From positions 69,316,001 to 69,380,000 of the forward strand of contig CM060732.1 in the NCBI GenBank assembly GCA_030704615.1: DNA of 64,000 nucleotides. The letters are read 5' to 3'. The stretch is from Takakia lepidozioides. Taxonomy: Eukaryota > Plantae > Bryophyta. The translations under genes and the position numbers were made by a program. The notes beneath the pieces were generated by a model. It was not told the DNA's origin. It searched no databases and saw only the letters and a program-made list of their open reading frames with translations. Shown here piece after piece: positions 34,396 through 46,139 of this stretch. Each line of letters opens with the position of its first letter. The stretch's first letter is position 1.

Positions 34396-36243
34396 GATTG
34401 TACTCATAAGACGTTGTTTGCCGTAGCCTTGTGGCCCGTGACCCCGCGCCCAGTTTGAGCGGAAACAAAAGGGACAGAACCTACCTCTGTCAGGGGCTGA
34501 CGTTGGTAGTAAGACTTACCTTCGTACATAGAATTAATCCGTGTTTTCCAGATATCCTCTAGAAATCCCTTCACACAAGCATCAATCTGCTGTGTGTGAT
34601 TTGCCCAAAAACTAGGCCTCAGGAGGGCCTGGGCTTTTGGCTCAGCCTCGAGACTTTCAAAGTTGGTAAACAGAGGTACAGGCACAATTCCCTTGATAGA
34701 TTTGAAGAGAGCGTCTCTTTGGTGAGAGAACCCCGGACAGTGTATCAGAAAATGAATACTGTCTTCAGGTTGCCCACACAACGGGCAATTGCACTCGCCC
34801 TTTCCTCTCTGCTTCTGTTTGCTGTTCAAAGGTAGGCTTCCTGCCCTGAGTTTAAATTTCAGTCTAGTGCCGAGAGTGGGTAGACCCTTGAGGTCATCCA
34901 AGATGTCCTCCCCCATGTCACTGACTGGAAACAAGTTCAGGGAAGTTTTCTGCCTAACTTCATTTTCATCAGACAATCTCATGGCAACAGACATGGCTTT
35001 GGACACTACAGCCTCTAAGTCAGAATCATCCAGCAGGGTCAAGACTTGCGGTTCCAGGTCCAGGTCCTTGAGAATCTCTTCTACTCTCTTCTGCCAGGAC
35101 TCAGCCTGTTTGACAGGGCGGTCCTGTTTCCAAGATATAGAGTCCATTAACTTACGATATCTGGTGTTGGACAGATGTTGCAGCTGACCCCACCATCTGT
35201 GACCTTGAATTCATCTCGTCGGGAGCTTAAGGACGGAATGCCAAACTCACCCCGAACAGCCACATTGGCTGTTTTGGAGCATGCTGACATACACTCCTTA
35301 AGCACCCCCACTTGAATGGATTCCAGAGACTTAGCCTGGTTGGAGTTATCAACCCATATTGCAGATCCGTACTCCAAGGCAGGTCTAATAATGCGACAAA
35401 GCATGGTTTTCTTGACCTCAGAGTTGACCCCTCTGCAGTGGAAAAATTTAGTGAGCCCCAGAGCTTTGAACAACTTTCCGGATATGTGCATCCCAATTAC
35501 AATTGGAGGAAAACTCAACGCCCAGGTAAGTGTAGAAAGGGAGGACCGGGATCTCTTGGCTACCCCACTGCCACTTAAGATCACTTCCTCCCTCTCCTCT
35601 GTCGTTGAATGCTACAACTGCATTTGCTGACATTAGCCTCTAGCCCCCAAAGATCAAAGTATCTCTTCGCGCAATCAATCAACTCCTGGAGATTGGTTGG
35701 AGTCTCCCCTATGCCTGCAAAGTCATCCGCAAACATAAGGGCTGGTATGGTGGTATCACCCACCCTTAACCCAAATCCCTCATTTTCCACATCCTCGAGG
35801 AGTTGATTGATGAAAACATTGAAGAGCAGAGGGGAGAGAGTACATCCTTGAGCTACACCTTGGTCTATGTCAAAGAAGTTGGACTTCTGTCCGTTAACAG
35901 TGACACAGCTTTTGGTGTGAGCATACAAGTTGTGGACAACTCTCCACATCTTTCCCTTGATTCCACAAGACCAGAGGCGGAACCATAGGCCATCTCTCCA
36001 CACTGTGTCATAAGGCTTTTTGACATGCAGGAAAAAAACATAACTGGGTTTCCCTTCTTTTTTCCTTCCCTGGATAATCTGGCTTAGAGTGAAGATATGA
36101 TCCACACAGCCCCTGTTTCACCGAAAGCCAGCTTGGCCTTCGTGGAAACAACCTCTAGACTCCAGATCAACCTTGAGACGAGTACTTATAACTCTGCAGA
36201 ATGTCTTGCCAACAGCATTGAGGAGCGTCATGCCACGGTAGCA
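34396..36243 (-). mobile_element. 5'-truncated non-LTR retrotransposon (LINE), RTEX-like
   Basis: YRGMTLL, QAGFR, KxYDTVWRDGLW, GVAQGCTLSPLLF, FADD, YTYLG, IRPALEYG and C-terminal CPLC...EDxxHFLxxCP; several frameshifts. Confidence 0.88.
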
Positions 36244-36259
36244 AAGAAATTTGGTAATT

Positions 36260-37281
36260 GTGCGTTGCCAGTGGGTTTGCTCTCCGTGAAAGCATAGACA
36301 TTGAGGGAGCTGCCCACAACCCTTTCGTATTCTGTTGAGAGCTCCTCCATTTTTTGCTGGAAGGGATACATATTTCTCATTATCCCACTCAGCTGTGGGT
36401 ACCGGAAAAGTTTGCAGCATTTCTTTACATAAGTCTCCATATTTGCGCTTCCCGCATGCGGGACTGCATAAAATACAATGCCCTGTAGCTTTCTGAGAAA
36501 GATCTTTGCAGAGTGGCAGGCTTCTCTGTCGAAGTCATTTAGTGTGGGGTGAGAGCTTCTTCTGTGAGCCTCCACAATCAGTCTCTTGATGACAAGACCT
36601 CCAAAGTTATGGCCGAACAGAACCCTCGGGTTTCGTTTGCCATCCTTCCATCTCCCGCTGCAAAATTGTATAGTGTTAGATTGTGCTGTGACAGCACCGC
36701 ATACAAGGACACTTGATATGCATATGACAGTATATCATGCGGTCCTTCTAATGACAGATCATCCCATAGATTTGTGTCTCTGGTGCTGATTGCAAAAGAA
36801 GAGACAACTCTATGTGCATGTTCCGTAAGTTGGAGATGCTCCACATTAAGCTTCAATCTTCACTTCCAGCCGCATAAATCTAAGTTATAGTTGTTTTTGA
36901 CACACCCAAGCTTGAATCTGATTAGCTGGGGCCCAAGGCCCGGTGAGGGCGTGAATCCAAAGTAAAATTCACTTGACCTGCAACTTGAAAAACAGCATTC
37001 CTTGCCCTATAAGTAATGCAATCAAATCTGGTGATGACTTCCACATGTACACCCCACAGCTTCAATGAGAGGGGCTGGGTATTTAGAGAAAGAGACAGAC
37101 TACCTGTTCACAAAACTCTCTAGAAGGTTCTTGCCAATGTCGCTCACGTCTTTGTTTTCCTCCCTCTGGGCCCATGTGTGCTGCTGCATCGTATGAGATG
37201 GAAAAACACCACATCCAGGCTTGTCTCGTGGGCCTCACCGTCGGGCGGCCATAACTGATGAATCTGCGGTGCGCATTTCAT
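36260..37281 (-). pseudogene. Alpha/beta-hydrolase N-terminal domain of NLR, exon 1 (37281-37104, internally deleted) and exon 2 (36657-~36260)
   Basis: MKCAPQIHQLWPP..LDVVFFH/SYDA..DIGKNLLESFVN|SGRW..VLFGHNFGGLVIKRLIVEA...GIVFYAVPHAGS...VYAFTESKPT; phase-consistent GT-AG intron 37103-36658. Confidence 0.88.
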
Positions 37282-40249
37282 AACAGGTGAAGACAAGTAC
37301 ACAACTTAACTTTTCAACGCACAACAAGACCTCAGCACGTCACTTATTTGGAAGCCAACACGATCTATGCACCGCTGCCGCATTCGCTTTTAGCACCTAC
37401 AGATTAAAGACCATGAGCCTTCCTGAACAGGTTGAAACCTCCTTTGGCCCAGGGGGGTGCTGAAAGTCTGTGTTGAGACGGGCTGACACCAGGAGGTAGA
37501 ACAGCTGCAATGGTGTCGGCATATTCGTCTCTTAAGAAACTCTCCAAGATCGTACTTTTCAGTCCCGCGAATTCATTCTCGAAGAAAATTTTGGACATGG
37601 AGCGATGGAAGCTGACGAGGCTCTGCTTTCTTACATGCTGCAAGCAAGGATCCCTTCGTAATATACCCAGTATAGTTTAGAATCAACATGAATGTACATA
37701 TTATTCACCAAGTCTCCGGTGCTCACCATCGTGCTGGAGATACTTTGCACACTACTGCGGTCTTCACTCCAGAGCGGCTACTACCTCGGTTGTAATTCAG
37801 AACTCGCTTCTGTGAATCCCGCAGGAAAAAACTGTCGTGAGATGCTGTTCTCCTTCCTTTCGTTGGGGCCTTTACTGTGGGCTCCCAGTCTACGGATAGA
37901 GACTGGTACCTGCACCGTGAGGACAGCAGCAGGGAAATCGAAAGTTAAGAATGCTTTTCATTCACTGTCCTTTCTACTTAATATGAGAGCCGTGGGAGAC
38001 ACCGTCTAGTCGACCATTTGGCTTTCCACAGTCTATTTCCATACTGCACTATCTCCAGATTGTGCAGTAATAACTTATCATGAAAACACTCTCTCTACCC
38101 ACAAGTCTCTCTCCAACCTTTGCCTACTCATACAGCTCCACAGGGTTTCCTTACTGATTATTGTCCTGGGAACTTCGTACATGAACGTTTCCAACGCCTC
38201 TCATTTTACAATAATTAGGACGTTGTGGCGCAGGCGCGAGGTGACCGGTGGGCCCCGTGCACGGACGCCCCGCTCCCCCCACCTGGACCCCCCCTGCGCA
38301 AGGTCGCCCAGCTGCTGCCGCGGCCCCAGCAGCCGCGCCCACGGCAGCCCCCCCGCGCCATCAGTCCGCTACCCGTGAGTCCAGTCCACCAAATCGCCAG
38401 TCTGCCGGCCAGTCTGCTGTGCTAGTCCCCGCAAGTCCACCCAAGAGTCCGCTGTGCCCGTCTACTGCCCCCAGTCTGTCAGTCCGCACCGGCCGAAGGA
38501 TCTGGATCGTCCATTCTGAGAAACCCATCCGCGCCATCCATGTTTAGGGCATGGAAGATCGCAACATCCTGCCACGAACTCGCCCCGAACTCGCCCACTC
38601 GTTCTTGTTGTCTCGTTCTTGCGGGCCTTTGCTCTCCAATGTTGCGGAGCTGACTTTGCACGCATGCGGCTGTTCTTCTTGTTTAGGGCGATTTTAATGA
38701 TGATGAAGGGTGTGCCTGAACATGAGAGGGCTGGCGGGGCTCTACAGCCACCATCGTGCATATGCTTCCACTATTTTCACCTTCGTTTTGTGCTGACGTG
38801 CTTATTTTTTAGGACGATATGTGGAAAAATTGCATGCGTTTACGGTTTGTGGTGTGCGAGTCCGAGCTCTTTTTTATGGAGCAGGAAACCATTGGTAACA
38901 TGATAGCGGAAATCGCGGAAGCATATGCACGTGGAGGCGTGTATACATTGCAGAATTTATGTCCACTGATGAGACTGTTCAGAGGAGGACGTCTCTGCCA
39001 CCACATGTCTAGGAACTGCGTAGAGCCTCAAACATCCAGATGCACCTCCTGAAACATCATATCTCAACCACTACCGTCTCCTTGAAAATTGGACAATGGG
39101 AAAGAAGACGTAGCCTGAGAGATGTGGATTCACGTTGCTTCTGGATGTTTGAGGTCTTTACGATTGCAAATGCGTGTGGATCAACAGGCTCTTCAACTGC
39201 GTCTTTGTCAGTACTTTCTCTAAGCAGTGTGTTGTGCATGAGTATGGGTATATGTAAGTCTGCTGGACGGATGAAATGCAACCACGGCATGACGGTGACG
39301 CCAAGCGTGGTTCTGATGGGATATCAGTCTGGTCTGCTGGACTGTTGGTCTGTAGGGATACCAGTCTGGTGTGGCGCGAGTTTGTTCTTCACTGGACTAC
39401 TCGGCCATCACTGCCTGCCGAATTCCGAAGTGTCTTCTCTCGTCTTATCCCCGAAGTCTCTTCTCTCGTCAGTATATTGAACTGTCGGTCAGCTGGAAGT
39501 CCGTCTCTTCGGATATGAGTGCGTTTAACTACTACCATTTAATTATCTGCATTGTCGTGAGTCTGCTGAGCCATCGGACTGCTGGTCTGTCCATCTCTTC
39601 TGATATCAGTCAGCTAGACTGTCACAAAGTCAGTCTGTTGTGGTGCAAGTCTGTTTGCGCTGGGTCTGTTGAGCCATCATTATGATCAAGTGTAAGTCTG
39701 CTGGACCTATCGTGCTCAAATCATTGTGCTTAGGGGTAAGTTTTGTGAATGAGTTCATTTATCTGGTTGTGAAGGCTTTGATTCTAGCATGTGGTAGTGT
39801 AGTGTGGGGAGCAGCTGCAGGGAGGTAGTGTGGGGAGCAGCTGTAGGGAGGTAGTGTGGTGGCGTAGCGTCGCGAGTGTTTGCCTGCAGTACGCGCTAAC
39901 CTTGCTTTGTGCAAGTTGTGTCAAATTTAAAGTATGGTAAAGCTCTGGTCTTCTTTTGTAATTGCTTTGCCAGACTTGTTATCCTTCTCCCATTATTCGT
40001 AAGACTCACTCTCACATGGTGCATCAGTACGTGGACCCAGCTGTTATCTTGTGTGGTGTGCATTGTGTCAGTGCTGATGCAATCGCTAGGGCTTGGCGAG
40101 TTCTTGAAAGTATATCAGGCTGAGCCACGGGTGCTTACAGTCATAGTCAAATATTGTGGTGCAATGTTGTAAGTTCAATTCACTTGTTTATTTATACACA
40201 CTGGGAGAGGTTGTATTAGGTGCCTAGTAAGTGACGAGAGATCAATGCG

Positions 40250-40510
40250 TCGACCCAAGAGCTTTTCGGTACAATTTCACAAGGCTGCCCAGCTGATGTA
40301 GAGCCACTGATGCTTGCAGGTAGCGTATGGCTTTGAAGTTGGGCTCGAAGGCAGCTACCCAACAGCCATAAGGCTGCTGCTATGAGGGAGAAGTATCCAA
40401 CATGTGCGCCACCATCTACCACAAGGGCTTCACCATCGCTACAGCGCCCATTGCCCATAATGTAGTGGAAGATGATTGTCTCAACATGTGACCAGTACCT
40501 CAGACTTCTT
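40250..40510 (-). pseudogene. FkbM-family SAM-dependent methyltransferase fragment
   Basis: ALVVDGGAHVGYFSLIAAAL[fs]GCWVAAFEPNFKAIRYLQASVALHQL...LYRKALG matches FkbM motifs I-II. Confidence 0.75.
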
Positions 40511-41254
40511 ATCTTTCCAGAAATGTCACAATTGCAGTTGCTACAAACGAACATGGAGAACGTTGGCTTGAAGGCTTTAGTGGTTATGACTAATCTGCTC
40601 GTTTTTAATCTTCCAGGGGTATTTTCTTCATCTTGTTCATCTTGAGATTTACATTAGAGAACCGCAGGTATTTAGGTGCCTAGTTAGTGATGCCCCAGGC
40701 AGCTGCAAACCGCGTATTCTGGTGCGCGACTAGATTTCGCTAGAACGGATTTTACCCGGCTATGTAGCTACCACTTATTCAACGCATGCTGCAGGTACCC
40801 TAAGGACGCTAACAAAGTTCTGTTAGCCAAGCAAACTGGTTTGATATGAAGCTAGATAACATTTCATCGCAGAGGGTTTCTTGCTTGCGCTTGACAATGA
40901 GGTATATGCTTGGGTTTTTGTCTGCCAAGGCTGAGTGAGTAGCTTAATAAGCGAGCCAGCGCCCTGCTTGTGTCCGTTGGGAAGCAATCATCGGCGCTCG
41001 TCGGTGACCTTACCGCAATGTTCGATGCACACCAACATACATGTGATTACAACAAGGACTTCAGAGAAGATCGGAGAACTGACCTTAAAGAGAACAAACT
41101 GAGTTCACAGAAATGGGCCTTTTGACTGGTATGTGTAGAATAACTTTGTGGTTGAGCTTCAGAACCACTGTCGTGCGCATACGTATCGCTACACAACTAC
41201 ATCGCTGTCCAAACCACACCACACATATATGCACAATAAAGTAGTCTGCCACAA

Positions 41255-41696
41255 TGAAATGAAAACTAAACTCACACTGTCTCTTGAGACAAAAACACGA
41301 AATACAATACAATCACTCGTTAAAATAAGAGTCGAGCCAGGGGCACCCCAAGCTATGGGGACTCCACCCCACAACATCCTACTCTCCCTCCATAAGTACA
41401 CTCAGATGCTAAGCAGCGAGGGAGCTCGGTCGTGCAGGCTCAACTCGAGAGAGATAAGCCGCACGACTGACGAGCTCGTGAAGATAAGATGATTCAGGTG
41501 TCAAGCTAAACTTGATACCTGACTTAACACTTGAACTAATTCCAAGTGTTAAATACAAATAACTAGATTTATTCTAGTTAGTTTCACACTGTGTTTATTT
41601 AACTTGACAGCTGTCGTGCGCATACATATCGCTACACAACTACATCGTTGTCCAAACCACACCACACATATATGCACAATAAAGTAGTCTGCCACA
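41255..41696 (-). repeat. 3' LTR (442 bp) of the DNMT-Gypsy element
   Basis: On the minus strand it starts TGTGGCAG 2 nt after the PPT AGGGGGGCG and ends TTTCA; sub-segments recur at 41169-41253, 46523-46693 (inverted) and 46694-46859. Confidence 0.85.
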
Positions 41697-41858
41697 ATCG
41701 CCCCCCTAGCTGGTGGTTAGGTCCCTCTAACTCCAGATAGCTACAAGATGTAATAGCCACAGCCGTACTAAGTCCTCTATCACTATCCCTATTGTACTCA
41801 AACTCTATAGACCAAGAGGCCGGGTACAAAAGCAACCCCATGGTTGTATCCACTCCCA

Positions 41859-44800
41859 CTATCCAATGCAATGGGGACATAACCAATCCCCATCAGGAAC
41901 CATTTCAAGAGGTGGAGTCAAGCATCCCATATGCCAACCTCTAGAACATTGATCACACACCAGCATGGTGGCTGCCCCTCTAGCAGACCCACACAACATG
42001 CACCTCAAACTTGCAGGTACCACTGCCAGGTTTGGGTCAACCCTTCCATCAACATTTGGAAGGTGACATGGCGCGCAATTACGCACATGGTCCTTCCAAA
42101 TCATGCCATCCCGACCCTCCAAGATCAGGACTCCTGAGGGCAACACCTCTCGAACCCTCAAAATAGTACGTCCTGCAGTCACATCCAAGGTCGTAGGAGC
42201 AGTCTGCTGCAGATAAACATAGTCACCAGGGTTAAATCTCCGAACCCCAGGACGATAGCCTCACCACGTATGGTAGCATACCTCAACGTATCATGATGTT
42301 GTGCAATGGCAAGGTTCTCGAAAGCCATGGGCATGACTTTCTTGAACAACTCTGCACGCTGATCACATGCACGTGCCCACATGTCCGGATCGTCAGGGTT
42401 GAGAACTGTAGCAGCTTCTCTACGAATGGATGCAGGCAAATCCAGCTCTCAGCCAAAGAGAAGAAAGTATGGTGAGAAGGAAGCAAGTGATGCTTGCTTA
42501 CTGAACATGTAGCCCATGGCTAACCAAGGTAACTGAAGGTCCCAATCTCCTAGGTGTCCCTTCTGCAAGCCATATTTGCGCAAACCCCTCTTCACTGTCT
42601 GAACAACCCTCTCTACCAAGCCATCGGCCTCAGGATGATCCCGAGAAGTGGTGCGGTGGTCTACCAAGGCCTTATCACACAACGCCTGAAACTCCCCCAA
42701 GAACTCTCTCCCTTGGTCCGTGAGTACCTCAGCTCGAGCACCGAATCGGCTAAGTACACAATCCAAGAATGTATACGCAGCCTTATCAGGCAATGGAACC
42801 AACTCGATCCACTTGGAAAAGTGCTCCACCATCACCAACACATACTTGTTGTGGCGCATGGTCAATTGCAACGGCCCTGCAAAGTCAAGACTCCACATGT
42901 AGCCCAATCCTATGATCGGAAGAGGGTGCAATTGTGGTGTAGGGGCGTTGAATGAAGCACGCACCCTGTCACACACCATGCACCTAGCCACAAATTGTTG
43001 CACCTCTATGTGCATACCACGCCACCAATACTGCCCCTGCAGTAGACTATGAATGTGTCGCACCCCAAAATGCCCCAACTCCTCATGGGCATGCCGCACT
43101 AACCGTGCCCGCTGGGTTGGGTGAGGCACAATCCTCACTCGACCATCCTCCCACACTCGGAGTAGGTATGTCCCCTCCCACTTGAACCTCTTGGCTCGTT
43201 GTAGGATCCGATCCCTCTCCTTGGCAGTCACAGTGGCTGTCGTGCCCCAAGTGCGGAGATAGTCCAACACAGCTGAATCCTCATGTATATCTTTGGCGCC
43301 ACCTTGCTCATTGCTGGCCTCAGGGTCCTCAGACACTCGGTCTACACTCATCCCTGTTGTAGGTCCAACCCGGCCTTCCGCTGCCAAGATACACAAAAAT
43401 GCAGATGCATGCCATCCGGGCACCATCTCCTCGTCCGTCTCACCATGCCACCGAGCTCCAGTGTCATCCTGCTGGCCCGTGCATGGATTGCGACTCAACC
43501 TATCCGCATCCCGATTGACCAAACCCGGTCGATGCACAACCTGAAAGTCATACTCTTGAAGTATGAGTGCCCACCGTGCAAGCTTCCCCGTAAGCTTGTC
43601 TGACTCCATCAACCACTTGAGTGGCTGGTGATCCGTGACAAGGGTGAAGAGATTGTCATATAGATAGCACCTGAAGTGTGCCACGGCCCACACTGCATCT
43701 AAGCACTCTCCCTCATATGAGCTATACTTAGCCTCTACAGCGTTGTTCGAGCGACTGACATAAGCCACTACGAACTCTTTTCCCTCATCATCCACTTGTG
43801 TGAGCACCGCTCCAAGCCCCAGCATGCTCCAATCTATATGCAGCTGAAAAGGACGCCCCCTGATAGGTCGTCTCAAGATGGGCGCCGAGGTCAACCTCGC
43901 CTTGAGCTCTTGGAAAGCTCATTCTTGCTCATCTTCCCACTGCCACTCCTGGTCCACCTTGGTCAACTTGGTTAGAGCCTTTGCAATGGCACTAAATCCC
44001 TTGACAAACCGTCTATAATAGTTTGCCAACCCAATGAAAGCTCGAACTCGGCTCACATCCGTGGGGCGTGGAATCTGTGCAATGGCCTCTACCTTAGTCT
44101 GCTGTACCCCCAATCCTCCAGGATATATCATGTGACCCAGATACTCAATCTGGTTGTGGAAAAACTTGCACTTCCCTGGATGTAACTTCAATCCGCGCAC
44201 CCTCAAGCGCTCAAATACCACCTGAAGGTGTCTCTCATGCTCCTCCACCGTAGCACTAAAGATGATGATATCATCTATGTAGCACCGAGCAAACTCCACC
44301 CTGCTAGAATCCTGTCCATGACTCTCTGAAACTCTGTAGGAGCGTTCTTAAGCCCAAATGGTAAGAACCGCCACTGGTATAGGCAATCCTTCCAGTGCTC
44401 ATTGATCCCCCAGAATGTCGTCTTCTGCTTATCCGCCTCCTTGATCGGCAACTGGTGATATTCGGATCGTAAATCCAAAGTGCTAAAGACCTTGGCATGC
44501 CCAATGGCATCAAAGATCTCCTCTGGTGTTGGCATGGCATACCTATCGGACTTGGTCTGACGATTTACAGACCGGTAATCACCGCACATATGTCTCTCCG
44601 TCCAATTGCCATAGACATCCTTCTTGGCTGGCATCACTGTGGCTGAAGCATACTCTCCACCAGATAGCTCCACCAAACCAGCCTCCCAGAGGTCCTGAGT
44701 TCTCATCTGAATCAAGGACCTCTCCATGTCACTGTATCTATAGGGTCTCCGAAAGATTGGCGTGTCAGTGGCCAATTCAATGCGAATCTCTTGACCCTTC

Positions 44801-44868
44801 AGTGCTCCCAAGTCCTTCAACTGAAGGCAAAGCAGTTTATGTAAGCCCTCAAGAACCGCCGTATACAT
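41859..44868 (-). pseudogene. pol: RT, RNase H, integrase and C-terminal PHD finger
   Basis: MCGDYR, LDLRSEYHQ, LPFGLKNAP, YIDD; IDWS/YSSYEGE/TDHQPL; H-x4-H...CxxC and WSLDFAGP; CMLCGSARGAATMLVCDQCSRGWHMGCLTPPLEMVPDGDWLCPHC (C4HC3). Confidence 0.95.
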
Positions 44869-44978
44869 CGTCTCTCTCCTCCGGTGACTATGGGTCCAAC
44901 ATCAGGCTCCCAGTTGTCCTCCGTGACTGCAACCTTGAGTCCAGCAGGCTTAGAGGTAGAAGACGCGTCCCGTGGTTG

Positions 44979-46139
44979 CTATGCTGCAACCTCTTGAGCA
45001 GTGACCACTGCCTGCTCTGTCAGTGACAATGTCTCATCCTGCCCCATCATCCCATCCTTGAGGACCTCCTCAACCCGAGAAAAATCCCCAACCTCATCCA
45101 TCACGGCTGCCTTGGCTGCCAACTCCTTTTGAACCTCGAGCACCTCCCACGTGTGCCATGGATGCGGCCTGCACCTCGTGGTCCTCACCTGTTCGTCCCC
45201 ACACGCTGCCTGTACCGTCTCGGTAGGCAGGGAGACCATCAAGGGAAGTGTACTCCGTACTCGGCGCTGCTCAGCCATAGCCAAGCTGATAATCCAGGTC
45301 AAGCAATTGAGATCCATTGCTTGCCCCAATACCTGACGATGTGATGCCTTAGAAAGAGATGGCACCGCCGTGGTACCAGTGGTAAAACCCATCGCCCGCT
45401 CGCGCTCGTCAGCATTGGGCTCCACTAATTGGTGCAACTGGCTATCCCACAAGAGGCCAGGTCCACCATCCCAAAAAGCATGGGATCCTGGAAAACTGAG
45501 CAGTATAGGCAATGCGGCTCGTGGGTGACCCACCTTATTGACCACTGCCAAAGGTGATCGGTCATCGTGTCTCACACGCTGAGACTGTCTCCCTATGTCC
45601 AAAATGCTATCCACCGTCAAATGTGGTGGCCGTTGCACCCCATCAAATGCACGCTTGAGCAGTGCATGTGGCATCAAGTTGGTCCACCATAGTCGTGGGC
45701 GATGAGCCCGTGACCCCACTGCTGCTGCATCCAGCAACACTGCTAACCCAAGCCAAGACCGCACTTGATGCACACTGGCCATCACCTTGGCCCGAGAATC
45801 ACCCATCAATGGCACATTCTCCAAGATATATGCTGGAGAGTCTGTCTGCTGAAGTTGTAAATAGCGTAGGACCCTCAACATTTCCCAAAACAGGCGTGAC
45901 CTTGAGTCGTGTAACCCATTGCCATGCCCGGCTGATGAATGCCCTTAGCAGGGCCAACCTGCCACTACAAAGTGAATAGGGTCAACCCGCCCCAAACCAT
46001 GCGCCCCCAGCAAAGAGATGTCTGCTGACAATGCTTGTTGGTATCCACGAACTGCAGACACTGGCAACAAATCAGGGTACTGCTGCACCAATTGAGCAAC
46101 ATGACGCAGTGAGACGCGTCGTGCAGTTTCATTTGCCAT
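44979..46139 (-). pseudogene. C5-cytosine DNA methyltransferase domain (DNMT3/DRM-like) within retrotransposon pol
   Basis: ADI (III), VAGWPC*G (IV; TAA at 45945-45947 where Q is expected), GL.D.RS.LF (V), YILENV (VI), DAA.VGS.AHRPRLWWTNL (VIII), ERERAMGF..G.T (IX), RQVLGQAM (X); the two ORFs share one frame; motif I is lost at the rearrangement breakpoint. Confidence 0.92.

Noticed and set aside
38140-39700. GC-rich stretch with repeated AGTC(C/T)G motifs starting at CAGGGTTTCC, a possible DNA-transposon end
   Set aside because: No matching inverted terminus, TSD or transposase found in the window.
1087-46139. Alternative genetic code (TAA/TAG = Gln) or U-to-C editing rescuing the stops
   Set aside because: Long Gln-rich ORFs (908-aa pol, 400-aa ORF3) contain no in-frame TAR, genes end in TAA/TAG, and frameshifts co-occur with the stops.
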